A program made the translations under genes and the position numbers. A DNA stretch of 62,575 nt, the filler included, from Sphacelaria rigidula (taxonomy: Eukaryota): assembly GCA_964200075.2 (NCBI GenBank). It is 10 parts of 10 records of this genome, joined end to end, with 100 filler letters (N's around TTAATTAATTAA, not from the genome) between each part and the next. Parts side by side here need not be neighbours in the genome. Positions count along the whole stretch, not along the records: positions 18,805 to 24,972 come from CAXNAA020021791.1; positions 25,073 to 31,240 come from CAXNAA020021792.1; positions 31,341 to 37,507 come from CAXNAA020021793.1; 7 more parts are not named here. One strand, written 5' to 3'. Of this stretch, positions 24,297 to 36,533 are shown piece after piece (within the stretch, counting starts at the first letter, position 1; each line of letters opens with the position of its first letter). Below the pieces are notes generated by a model. It was not told the DNA's origin, ran no database searches, and saw nothing but the letters and a program-made list of their open reading frames with translations.

Positions 24297-26455
24297 GACG
24301 GAAGGTATGGTGAAATCCGTCGGAACACATACAATTCGTCACCATGCGCACGCGCGCTCACCCACCCAAACACTCGCACACCAAGAAACACCAAAACGTA
24401 TGTTGCCTCAACGACCCTATGTTAGTCTCCGGTGTCCAGTTTGTGATCGACTCTCACAACCACACATACAACTCAGAAGCGGAGTTGGGGATTGGTTCCG
24501 TCGAGAGCCCACCGGCTCCGTCTCGACAAGAACTCGGAAGGTGCTACATGGACCACTGGCGCGTCAAGCAACAACGGCAACGCGAGTCAAGAGGAAAATC
24601 GCTGAAGGGTACTCACCTCCGCAAACAGTCCACACAAGTGAACAGGCATGTCCAATAACATCGTACCGCTCCAAAAGTTCCGGTACCCACCGTCACCCTT
24701 GCCTTTTCTCATATCTCGCATCAAGATGGGGGAGAGAACGGAAGGCCAAGAGATCGGGCCAAGAGTTCCATAGGCATTCACACGTGACCAAAAAGGCTGA
24801 CTTCTTTTCTCTTTTTCTTGTGTGAGCCACGAAATACGCGGCAGGTAATCCCCGTTGAGTTGGCGCCTGTAGTGAACAGACGCTGACTGCATAACTATGC
24901 TGTGATGACGTTGGCCCGGGCACCAGGTTTGGACTCAGGGAAGGCAGATGACCGAAATCACCACACACGACCNNNNNNNNNNNNNNNNNNNNNNNNNNNN
25001 NNNNNNNNNNNNNNNNTTAATTAATTAANNNNNNNNNNNNNNNNNNNNNNNNNNNNNNNNNNNNNNNNNNNNGAGTTACGTGAAGATTTTTCCCCCCAAG
25101 ACCATGCACTCTTTTGGGGGGGGGGGCTATCGTAGAAAGTGTCGTGGGGACTGGCAGACTGTAAGCTGTGAACGTCGGGGCGCTTGTGTGAGTCCACGCG
25201 CGCTATGGGGAGGATTGGTGCATTCAAGTTTTCGATCGTCGTTTGTTCGGCCGAGGCAACCACTACCTGTTACCCGAGGCGAGATATGGTTTCACCACGA
25301 GAAGGGCGTTAGCATCACATATAGACTAGTACTTCCCGTTTCACTTGCGGCTCACACTAGAGTGCCCAAAAACAAAATGCGAGATCCTATGCCCTTTTTC
25401 TGAATCCTAGAGTTTTGTTTTTTGGGGGGGGGAGGGGGTTACTGAATCCCATACGAAAAAATCGTGCGTATGAAGCTTTAATTCTTCGCATACCTTCGGA
25501 GCCAAGGCCAAGTTATATGTATGAGTTTCGGCAATACATTGCACATCACATTTCCACGACAAGAACAAGACCAGACAAATACCACAATGCTGTGCAATGC
25601 TTGCTCAATCAATCTAAACGCGTCTCTCTGCACCGCCAATTTGCGTCCAATGTGCGTCGCATGTTGTGGTGGCAGAGGGCCAACAATCATGGGCGCTACC
25701 TAACCCAAGTCGCCCCAAAACGGCTATTTATTGGGTGCTTCTTCATGTGAAAAAAAAATAAATCGACCGCCGGAGCGGGGGGGAGTACGTAGGGTCTCAG
25801 AGGTTTCCGGGGGGGCACTCCTGGCCCACATCTTGTCTGAGATAGTTCGGGTTAGTTTCCAAAGACGGTAGCTGAGAGAAGATATGCCCACCCTGGCATG
25901 AGTATTTTATAAGCAAGCTTCACACAACAAGCAAGCAAGGGAAATGATGAGAGGTATATGTCACACGCGGCGAGAAGAGACAGCTCTCTTGACCACAAAC
26001 AAACTTCTACCGGACAAGTATCGTGGCATAAGTATATTATGGCACATATGTGTAATGCATCGATGGCCGTTTTCTCGAGCGCTTCAACACGTTGCCACGT
26101 CAGGAACAGCAGCTCACTATTGTTTCCCACATCGCGCATCCTGTTGTTCCCATCCCTACAGGCTGCAAAATTCATCGCGACTGTACGCAGCCAAAGTATT
26201 CCTGTGTGTGCAAGGAATATGAGTAGGTTCTGAAATAAATATATTTCATAGCCTCAAACCGAGCGTCAAAAGGTGAGAGAAGGCGCTTTCCTCGGCTTCT
26301 CTCAGGCGTCAAGACGATGGCACAATTTTTCGAGCCCTAGAAAGAATAGCAAGTGACAGGTAGTTTTCCATCAACGAATTTTCACATCTGTTGAACTTTT
26401 CCAGCAGCAAAACTTCGATTCCAAAACACGATCGGGTGCACTTTACCTCTCTTAA

Positions 26456-26552
26456 CCCTTGAACCACGAGATTGGTCTTTCTGGATCATGCATACTTTTT
26501 TCACTTGAAATTGATGCCGATTCAACAGAAGACTAACCTCGCGGTCTAAGAG
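26456..26552 (+). mobile_element. Family A TTAA MITE
   Basis: TTAA-CCCTTGAACCACGAG...CTCGCGGTCTAAGAG-TTGA; nearly identical to 31341-31411. Confidence 0.8.
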
Positions 26553-28569
26553 TTGAATACCATTCCCAACATAACACATCCAGTATGTTCGGGAACGCTG
26601 TTGCATCGCGAAGGATATTCGTCAAGCGAAAATGGCCCAAAATTTTGTTCAAATCGACCACCTTCCCCCGATGATGATGGTCGAACGATGTCAGGGACCG
26701 AGAAGACAGAATCGCCAGGCCGCCCAAGAGATGAAAATATTCTAGCCAACACTGAAAAATCAGAGTCTCGCCGCAGGAGCTCAACTCACCCCTTCTGCGG
26801 AAAATACAGAACTTGGGCCCAACCGCGCGTGCGGGAGCTCAAGGACCGATATGCGATGCGATCAACGTGACACCCGACTTGTCGAAGACAGGACGGTGAT
26901 ATCTTGGTCTACCATCAGCCTTAAATGATTGCTGAGATAGTTGTATACTCCGAGATGCTCACAATCAATCACTTTCAACACAACGTCGAGTCGAAGTAAA
27001 CAAATACTGTACTTCGCCGTATTTTACACTCAACAAGCTTTCAACTCACCAGTCAGCTTTGTTGTGAGGACTTGTTCACCTGAAGCAGGTAGTGGCTGGA
27101 TGTGCAGCAGATGATCAGAACCTTGAAGATGTGTTTGATTAGTTTCTACTGTAACGCTGGCTTCCAAATTAAAGGTGAACAACGAAGTGATGCCAGGTGG
27201 CGATGACCTATTGCCAAATCATCCTATGAAAAAGCAGAATCATAAATATGACAACGACCAACACACCACACCGCAGCAACATCTATATAATCACGAGTTT
27301 TTTCAAGCTTCATAGCGTATGCAGACCTTCCTTCTTCAGCAGCTGTTATTGGTCGTCACTCAACCGAAAACCAATGACCGTATGCCTACAAATCCACGTC
27401 ATCCAAGACCAGGTAGCGACCACGACGTACGTGCCTTTGAAATGCAACTTGTGCAGCAGCTGCTTCGTCATCCGGTGTGTGTGCAAATTTTCACCTAAAA
27501 TCTACTTCTCCTACCCGCCAGTCAAATCTTGTCTGTATCTCCATACTCAGTCTTATCAAATCACAGATAAACAGCGACTGTGCCTTGTACGAGCAACGAT
27601 GAGTACCCACTACTTCGGCAAATGACAGAAGAACGTCTACTGGGCAACGAATCAGGAAACTGCGGGCACCTTGTCCCTCTCCATCTCTCTAAATCATCAA
27701 CATGGCGTACTCTGCACAAATATATGAAAAAGTGAAGTATAATTCAGCTCTTTCTAGAGAGCGCTACATAAGATACAACATTTCTGAAACGAGAGAAGAA
27801 AGAAAGTCTCATGTACATTGTACCGTACCGTAGTACACCAAACTGTCCACTACCAACAAAAGAGGGGTACCGTCGCCGCCCGCATGAGGCGTGGCGCTAC
27901 TTGAGACCACCTCAAAATAACGATAACACTTGGAACCAACCACCTCACCAAGCCTAAAATGTTCATGGATATACATGGTGACGCTATCTCACATGCGCTG
28001 CGACCACTGACAAGATGTTAGCGCCCGCACATTCCACACCAAGTACACCGCATTGTTTGGGCAGCGGGTTTATTCTAGTTTCTCCAGCATCCCTGAAGGG
28101 GTCTATAGGAGTAGTAGGCGTTATCACGCGGTAACCTACAGCAATACAACAGGTGGTAACGCACTTTCTTCTTTTCCTTTTCCGACGGTGGCGATAGGTC
28201 CACTGCACGCAAAAAAACAAAATGCTACAAAAACCCAGAAGTTGTGCTCACATCCCGCTTGCGAGGGAAGTGACAGGAAGAGAGGGCAACTAAAAAAACA
28301 AGTCACGACAACAGGAGTATTGTACAGTCCTACTGTACAGTTTTACCCGATGGTCTCAAATACTAGGGCCGGTACTGAATGCCAAACGTTTTCAGAGCGC
28401 CCTTACAAATGAAGCAAGCCATTGTCCAACTACTGAGCTGCACGCGGTTTCAACCAGCTTTACGAGGGAAAATAAGGGTAGTGCCAAATAGGAATGCCTT
28501 GGAACAGCACAAGCCCCGTTTGGTGATACGGAGCGAATAGAGATTCTAGAAACATCGCAAGCAATACAA

Positions 28570-28644
28570 TTACTGTTCCCCGCAGAACCAGAGGTCAAGA
28601 GGACCACCGCCTATGGTGGGATCGATTGCGACCTTCGGGCAGTT
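28570..28644 (-). CDS. Terminal exon of the GGA(I)/FxxN-repeat protein (NCPKVAIDPTIGGGPLDLWFCGEQ*)
   Basis: Pyrimidine-rich tract and CAG acceptor; phase 0 matches the preceding exon; ends in TAA. Confidence 0.65.
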   Translation of the reverse strand, partial: NCPKVAIDPTIGGGPLDLWFCGEQ

Positions 28645-29122
28645 CTGTGTTCCAAAAATCGCCAGGCAAAGGCAAGTAGGGACGGAGAGACGGGGAGGGG
28701 GCAAGCGGCGATTTATACAGGTTGGTTAGGAAGGATTCGATCATTTCATTCTGTCAGACACGTGGAAGATCCATCGCTTCAGATCAATCTTTCGATAAAT
28801 AATCGCTGCTCAGCACAGAGCGCGGGAGGGGACACCCTTCGCTCATCTCCAGGTTTGCCAATGATGTCGTTGTGTCGCCTAGGTTCAACGAAACGACAGC
28901 AACACAATGAACACCAACGAACGAGCGCATGCTCACATCCATGCGCCGCGTGTGTGGCCATCGAATGTAAAGCGAATGCCCACCCACATCTACACAAGTG
29001 GGTCGACGTTAGTCTTGACCGTAGCCACAAGAAACAAACCATAAATTCATCAGCGCAAGTCTGTTAGGAACAACATTGATTTTTGTTCCGTTAGTCAATT
29101 GCGTTTTTTTCGTCAGACTCAC

Positions 29123-29255
29123 GATATCTTCGTCGATTTCGAGGAAGTCTAGATCTTCGAGGTCCTCTGGGAACGTGAGAGTGCCTGCCCCGGAACTGAA
29201 CAGTTGGCCACCCCACAACGCGGAGTTACTGATGAAGGTTGTCTTGCCCATGAAC
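29123..29255 (-). CDS. Internal exon of the GGA(I)/FxxN-repeat protein (FMGKTTFISNSALWGGQLFSSGAGTLTFPEDLEDLDFLEIDEDI)
   Basis: CACAG acceptor and GTGAGT donor; phase 2 start matches the upstream exon; FxxN and GG motifs. Confidence 0.8.
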
Positions 29256-29789
29256 CTGTGAAGACGACCGCCACACCGCCGCAAAAGACATCATTAGAGA
29301 ATCGCTAGGCCAAGGATGATTCATAATAAACTTTTGACGTAAGTTCCCCCGGTCAACAACGCGTTGCAAAGTGCTGAATGCAAAAATGATGAACTGGAGA
29401 GGTACGGGGTCAAAAACTGCCCTTGACATTGTCACCGCATATGTACTGTAGTAACTAGTATGCAAAGTCGTCGTCATACACAGAGTAGTAGTACCTCAGC
29501 CGTCCACTGTTCGAGCGCACTACTTTCTACCACTACGACACGATGTTGATCTCAAACAATACAAAAAACAATAGCATACATGTGATCGCGCGAACGCAAA
29601 GGGTCAACATAAAACACATGCTGAACACACCAATTCTCTCTAGTACTCCGGCAAAAAAAAACAATTCTTCGAACACCAACACATCAGTTCGTGCAGGCGC
29701 TGTGTACTGCACGAGTCAGCCATAACGGACTGTGGAAGCCCGTTTGGTACGATGCCACTAGCTCCTTCTTGTGGTATGCTGTATACAGT

Positions 29790-29880
29790 CCTTCCAATAA
29801 GACCATTGACCTCGCATCCCTACATAGCCGTGACGGAGCACGCAGGGCTTTCGCCGGACAGGGGGCAGAAAGGCGGGGGC
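29790..29880 (+). repeat. Dispersed repeat family D (also 30771-30857, 31001-31040, and reverse at 62415-62575)
   Basis: Shared core AAGACCATTGACCTCGCATCCCTACA.AGCCG.GACGGAGCACGC.GGG; 31001-31039 is the reverse complement of the window's last ~40 bp. Confidence 0.75.
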
Positions 29881-29936
29881 AACACTCAAGCCGCAAGCAA
29901 CACTACCCCGTGCTGGGTGGGCAGTAAATCCCTCAC

Positions 29937-30070
29937 GTTACGTCACCGTTGCTCCAGATCGCACCCCCGAACCCGCCGTCTCCAAAGCTCGAGGCATTGT
30001 TACTGACGAAACGGCTCCAATTATTGAAGAAGATCTCGCCTTTCCAGTTGACGATAGCGCCCCCGAGATT
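29937..30070 (-). CDS. Internal exon of a polymorphic-membrane-protein-like beta-helix repeat protein (NLGGAIVNWKGEIFFNNWSRFVSNNASSFGDGGFGGAIWSNGDVT)
   Basis: Two GGAI and FxxN motifs; CACAG acceptor and GTGAGG donor. Not shown in this frame in the ORF track. Confidence 0.85.
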
Positions 30071-31340
30071 CTGTGTTGGCATGGAAGTAGGAAGGACACA
30101 CGACAGTGGCGCTGCCTCCAGTCAGTTTCGGTGACTGTAAGAGCATTATTTCGTTCCTCGACCGCATGGACGAAGTCCAGAGCGCCTGCCGTTGTATCGT
30201 CATCCATCGCATCCTACATGCTGCAATACGCTCGTTGCTGATGATGATGTCCCGCAAGAACAACAACAGTGCTATGAGCTTGATGCTGACCGTTCAAATG
30301 GCTCCAAAGGTTATGTGGCTGCATGTTTCCCACCAACGGTTTGTGCAGATCTCCCACCGAGCGTGATTTTGCCTTTTTTAATCGCGCGTGCTCTACTTCA
30401 TGTTGCACGGTCCAGAAACTACAGACATGTCTCAGCGAAACATTGAGAAAAAAAACACAATGAAAAGATCAATACACAACTGGTGCGGTAATATTGTAAG
30501 CTAGCTGCTGAGCTCCTTGTCTGAGCCGGTCTTTCAAAACCTTGTGAACCAACACGTGGGCACCTGCCTGTGCTATACTGTCACACGTCTGACGCCCTTG
30601 TCCTCTTTCACGTGATGTATCATCATCATCATCATCATCATCATTATCCCCACCATTATCATCATTATTGCCATCCGTCCAATCGGTTAGCCCACGGTCA
30701 AAATACGCCGTCAGTGGCGTCAGTGACGGACAGCGGGATCTTTCGACATCTTTATGTCGCTCATACATTGAGATCATGCATGCCATACCCACAAGACCAT
30801 TGAACTCGCATCCCTACAAAGCCGGGACGGAGCACGCCGGGTTTTCGTCGAACCAGGCTTGCACTCAAACCATCAACCGCGAAGCGCCGTGGTGCGTCCG
30901 GCGAGTCGCATGAAGGGTGAGCTACACCCTGCTCAGATTGTTTGGCCCGAAGCCTACTGATAATCTTGCATTTGGGTGACAGCCAACAATGGTTGCATTA
31001 TTCTGTGGTATCGCCACTTCCAGAGACAGCCATGGCTTATACACTGCCTCATAGGTGTTTCACACTGAGGGTAGGGTCGCACTGGCAGGAATGCTTCCGT
31101 ATGTTCCATATCGGAAGAAATGATTCAGAACGCTCCCACCAAGGGGCCTCACATCGGGAAAATACGGCACCAGCCCCCCCCCCGTGCTCCGTCTCGAAAG
31201 GGATGCGTGGTCAATGGTCAAATGACTAAGGCAAGCAACANNNNNNNNNNNNNNNNNNNNNNNNNNNNNNNNNNNNNNNNNNNNTTAATTAATTAANNNN
31301 NNNNNNNNNNNNNNNNNNNNNNNNNNNNNNNNNNNNNNNN

Positions 31341-31613
31341 GGATCATGCATACTTTTTTTCACTTCAAATTGATGCCGATTCAACAGAAGACTAACCTCG
31401 CGGTCTAAGGGTTAACTTGGACAGCGAGAGTAGGTCACCTGTTGAATCGGCATCAATTTCACTTGAAAAAAGTACCCATGATCCAGAAAGACTGACGTCG
31501 GGGTCTAAGGGTTAACCCTTAGACCCCGACGTTAGTCTTACATTGAATCGGCATCAATTTCAAGTGAAAAATAGAATGCATGATCCACAAAGACTAATCT
31601 CGCGGTCTAAGGG
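31341..31613. mobile_element. Three abutting family-A TTAA MITEs
   Basis: Copies joined through single TTAA sites at 31412-31415 and 31512-31515 (CTAAGGG-TTAA-CCCTTAG). Confidence 0.85.
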
Positions 31614-31919
31614 TCAAGACACGGCTTGATCCCTTGAAAAGACTGGGCGGAGGCAGAGAAAAATGAGAAAATAGGTCTGAATCGGAGTAACTTTATTTCC
31701 GTGGCTCAGAGTTTGCCAGGGTATAATGCACTCCGACAAATTAGCAACAGAGGAGCGTTGCTGCTTGTATACCCAGCCGCTCTGGGGACCCACGTTAGAG
31801 AGCGTGGTGTGTACTGGAACAGACCACACCATGTTGTCTGCCTTGTGCTCTTCTGTTTCTTGGTTATGGTAAGTCTACCTCTACCACCATATGCGGCCTG
31901 ACGTCTGTACGAGTACATC

Positions 31920-32870
31920 ATCTCTGCGCTGCCACGAAGCTTCTGTAGTGTTCGCATGTATTGAATTGGCATTACTTAATTCGAAGTATGAACAGGACCC
32001 CGATGACCCGCCGTCGAGGCCCAAGGGTTCACTTTCAGAGCTGGCGGCAGTACGAGTTCACGCTCTCCAAAGGTTTCTTGTAATCTGGTCCATGGTGATA
32101 CCCATAGATAATGGGAGAAATGGGAAGGAACGTAGGGAGGGAGAGAGGAGACAACACTCTACTGAAGTGTCTTGTCCTGCATTATACTGCATTGCCCTGT
32201 GTTGTACTGTGCCTTGCTCGGCTTTGTCCATCTATACCCAACCACCTTTACGGCGAGTCATCTGTTGTGCATTGGCATATTTTTTACTTCAAAGATGAAT
32301 ACAAGACCCAGATGACCCACCGTCGAGGCCCAAGGGTTCACTTTCAGAGCTGGGGGCAGTTCGAGTTTACGCTCTCCGAAGGTTTCTTGTAATCTGGTCC
32401 ATGATGATACCCATAGATAATGGGAGCAATGGGAAGGAACGCAGGGGGCGGAAGGGAGAGAAGACGACAGTCTACTGGACTATACTGTCCTGTATCGTAC
32501 TGCGTTGTCTTGTGCCTTGTTCGGGTTTGTCCATCTATATACAACCACCTTCAGGGCAAGTCATCTGCTGTGAAGTGGAATAATTTTGACTTGGAAAGAT
32601 GAATGCAAGACACAGATGACCCACCGTGGAGGCTCACAGGTTCAACGCTTTTCAACGGTTTCGTGTAATCTTATCATTGGTGGTGCCCATGGAAGAAGGG
32701 AAGGAAATCAGCGGGGGGAAAGATAAGACAACATTGCCCTGTACCACACACCCTTTGTACTGCACTGTGCTACCGTTGTTATCCTCTCTGTTTTAATTCG
32801 GCTTCATCTATAGTTATTTCCAGGGTGGGGCATCTGCATCGGAATAATCTTTACTTGAAAAATGAATAAT
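31920..32870 (+). repeat. Tandem array of ~305-310-bp units (about 3)
   Basis: The landmark GATGACCC.CCGTCGAGGCCCAAGGGTTCA ends at 32030 and 32340, with a diverged version at ~32644. Related units lie at ~54030-54710. Confidence 0.85.
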
Positions 32871-33574
32871 CAGTACGACCGTGAGCAACGTACCTGCGGC
32901 AGTTTGTGTGATTTGCGCAGAAGGCCTTCTGGGGTTCTCTTGGAACCGACCTGACAGATCCTTTGTTTCTGACTGGCTAGCTTGATTTGTCCATCAGGAA
33001 GAGTCGTTACACTTTGGGGGAAAAGCTTCCTATATTCTTTGTGAGCGATTCGCATCCCTCACAGTTATGCAAATCAGTTGTATACGGAAGTGTAGCTGAA
33101 GCGGGTCGCACAGCTCGTCGCTCGCCTAATCTGTACGGGTCAAGCGGGTCCTGCAGATCATCGGACAAGCGTCCATCGGTGACAGCACACCTCGAACAGA
33201 TCATGATCCATGCCCCAAATGAGTCGACCTGGATCTGTCACGACCTGATCTGTCCGACGTGTGAAAAGATCACGAGTTCGTTGTTGGTGTGGTGTTGGCA
33301 CTCATGGTTGTCCCTCGGATGAACATAAGCGCTCAACGAACCATTGAGCGTGGGTGACATGTGCCCATACCCTGGATATCAGACCATGTACTAGAACATC
33401 TTCACTGCAATAGCCCCGAGAAATTGACGGTCAATGTTCATTGTCAGTCATAACCGACCGGCATCACTGTCGACAATTTTTGTAGGCGACAATAGATGCA
33501 GGACAAGGGACAAAGTGTACCAATGCCGTGACAATGGAGGGGTCAATATGTCTTTCGATACATTTTATGTGTTG

Positions 33575-33780
33575 CAACAGGCTCTGAATTGCGCTCATCA
33601 ACTTCCATTGCTGATCACGGTAATCGGATCTGCAACGCGGCCACCAAACCATATTTTTGGTTAGAAAATGATCTGAATTGCGCCCATCAATATCTATTGC
33701 TTGTCGCAATAAAATCTGAATCGCGGCCACCAATATTTATCGCTAGCCACAAAAAGAGCTGAATGGCGTCGATCAATAGT
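33575..33780 (+). repeat. Degenerate ~45-bp minisatellite (ATCTGAATTGCGCCCATCAATAT core)
   Basis: Four to five recurring CTGAATTGCG/CTGAATCGCG cores. Confidence 0.55.
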
Positions 33781-34197
33781 TATGTATGCACATTCCAGAA
33801 GTGTTCAACACTTGGTTGATTAGAATATTCCCGTTTCTTTTACTTGATTTGGGTGTAAACACATACTCGGATCTTTAGCGGGGTTGGCAGTCCCAATTGC
33901 CCCTCGCGTGCGCATTACGTTTTTTCGTCAAAATCGGCGCCTTCGGCGCCATGTTGAGGTGTGCCAATGCCACGCTTTGCCTGGGGAACGTTTCGCACCC
34001 CCCTCGCCCGAAGGTTCCAGGTATGCCTTGGGTTGGGGTTGTGAGTAGGTTTAGCGTCATTTGAAAAAACCTGTTTCCAATAAATGTTTCCATCGACCAA
34101 GTGGTAAATACACCTTGCACATTTCGCTTATTTTCGCACCTTTTTCAACAGAAGCTACGGCCAGCTACGAGCTGGGCCAGCCTCGGAACGGGTTTAA

Positions 34198-34299
34198 CCC
34201 TTAGATCGCGAGGAGAGTAGTCCATCTGAGTCATGTATATAATTTTTCCAAGCGTAATGATGTAGATTCGACAGATGACCCACTATCGTCGTCCAAGGG
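34198..34299 (+). mobile_element. Family A TTAA MITE inserted in repeat family C
   Basis: TTAA (34194-34197) and TTGA (34300-34303) flanks; the paralogous empty site has a single TTAA at 18842-18845. Confidence 0.85.
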
Positions 34300-35059
34300 T
34301 TGAGCTCACAAGGTAATATCTCACCGATGCAGAAGAGTTGGGCCGTGCTCCGTATATCATATTAATAATCATCTAATCAAGGCGAAGGTGCTCATCTACT
34401 CAAGAGTCTGGGCCATTTTTTTTCGTTAATCAAATCCCATGTCTAGTAATTCCTACGGACACATGTAAAAAACGTCGCCGAGAAATATATGCGAAACATG
34501 AGATACGCGACAGAGATGTGCGGTAGGGTCGTTTTTTCAACATGAGGGGCTGGAAGAAATTTAGGGTTGAAAGACAACTTGAGGGCCCGAAAACAATAGG
34601 GGCAAAGAAAAGGGAGGGGGGCACAAAATAGCAAAAAAAGGCGCAGAGAACGAGCAAAAAATAAGGAAGATGGAATCAGGGCCTAGGCACAGCCCAGTGT
34701 AGAAAGCGATGACCTGGTACGGGTACGTTCTCGGCCGATCGGTGGCCCAGATAAGGTACGATTGAAAAATGATTCCTGAGTCAGGTACAAAGTATACCTC
34801 GTGAATTTTCGGCCTAGGAAGGGAAGCGGTTTTCGGAGGCGAGACGTCCATTTTCGCGTGGCCATATATCGCGAGCAACATTTTCTCCAACCCGGGTGCC
34901 AAGGCCCCCCCCCCCGAGTGATGCGCTCGAAAAATTCGGAGCAAAACCGGTTCAAGTGGCGTGTTTTACTGTTTTCGCCTTGCTGGCCATTTTTCGTGCC
35001 TTTCTTGGGCAAAAAGCGAGAAAGTATACCTAATCTAGGCCATGCTCCAATATTTTCAT

Positions 35060-35710
35060 CAAAATCTATCGCTGGCGTCACTGGCTATCGATTGATGCTC
35101 CCTAGAACAATATATTGTTGACGGCAATGACAATGTTGATAGATAGCCCGAAATCTTTTGTTGGCGGTAGAGGCTATCGATAGATTGTTCAAATCTATTG
35201 ATGACGGTGAAGGCTTTTGATGGACCGCTCATCAAACCTGTTGATGACGGCAATTGCTATCGATAGATGGCACATCAATCTATCGATGATGGCAATGGCT
35301 ATCGATGGATGCAAGGTTAGTACAAATCATCACGACTCAAAATCACCAAATTCACGATTTCTGCGGCCTGACTGCCCAAAAGGGAGAAAAGAGTTGATTG
35401 CTGGCCCAACGGGTATCCACGCAACTTTTGTGCCACTCCACGTGTCTGGGCTGCGCGTACCGGGGTTGCAACGCTAGAATAAAGCCTAGGGATTGATTCG
35501 TCACGAGCCGACTCATCAAACTAAAACCGAGTAATTTCCAGACGAATCATTATTTGTCCGACCCTTGGGTGGATGACTCACCAAATCTATCGATTACGGC
35601 AACGGCAATCGATCTGTACATCCCAGAATCTCTCGCGGAATACGATATCCATCGATGGCTGATGATATCAATCCATGGTATTTGCCATGGACTATTGATC
35701 GACGGTTGCA
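35060..35710 (+). repeat. Degenerate ~40-bp ATCGAT-rich minisatellite interrupted by a family-B MITE
   Basis: Units like AAATCTATCGATGACGGCAATGGCTATCGATAGAT occur on both sides of 35312-35567. Confidence 0.7.
35312..35567 (-). mobile_element. Family B hAT-type MITE
   Basis: CAAGGTTAGTACAAAT...ATTTGTCCGACCCTTG; 8-bp TSD GATGGATG / GGTGGATG. Confidence 0.85.
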
Positions 35711-36482
35711 ACATCTTTTGTCCAACTTCCTGTTTTTTTCCCCTGGGAATACCGAGAAATGGGGAGAGTGTTGATAAAAATGTTATGTCAAAAATCTTAG
35801 TGCCCTACTCCTCAAATTCAGCACCGCGGGACGCGAAAACATTCAAGAATCACCGTCAGCTGGCCCAGCTTGTAGAGCAAGTCATTCCTGGGTGTCAAAC
35901 TCTTCCTAGCTCTTGTTTAGGGCGTGAAACGACGAAGAAGAGCCAAAACAGCATTTCTTTGAAGGGCCTTGTTCTTGTTCGTCACAAGGAGCAGCCGAAA
36001 GCGTGCCACGAAATACACCGAACCGGAAAAAATATATCCTGTTGACAGGGGCACATGCAAAGGCGTGCCACATATCCCAACAAAGTCAGAGGTGAATCTG
36101 AGGAGAGTCTTGCCCCCCTTTACCCGAAAACACATAGCTCGAGGCGTAGCTGCTCATCGGCTGAGCGCATATGAGACGCGCGCACAGTACATGCACACAA
36201 ACCGTCAGCAATGGCACGTTCTCGGTTGTAATTTGACAAACCCGCGGTCGCCCTTGCTTCTGAAGGGCTATCGCTGGAGATATCGTAGTTCATGTGCGCG
36301 TGTTTTCTTGGCTCGCGCGTAGGTGTCTTGTGATTGTGGGGGTAGTATCTTTTTCCAAAATGATTTTTAAGGGCTTTATTCCGTTCAATACGGAACCGGC
36401 TCGGACTGTGACCACGGAGGACGTCCGCATCGATCGCTCAGTACGGAAAGTAACGAGTACTACGCAGACATCGGGTGTGCAG

Positions 36483-36483
<1 letters not shown>

Positions 36484-36522
<39 letters not shown>
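36484..36522. repeat. (CAG)n microsatellite just inside an intron
   Basis: Read directly. Confidence 0.95.
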
Positions 36523-36533
36523 CGATCACTCAC

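Noticed and set aside
27000..27630. Protein-like minus-strand frame (..RYLVLDDVDL..)
   Set aside because: Multiple stops and no assignable family.
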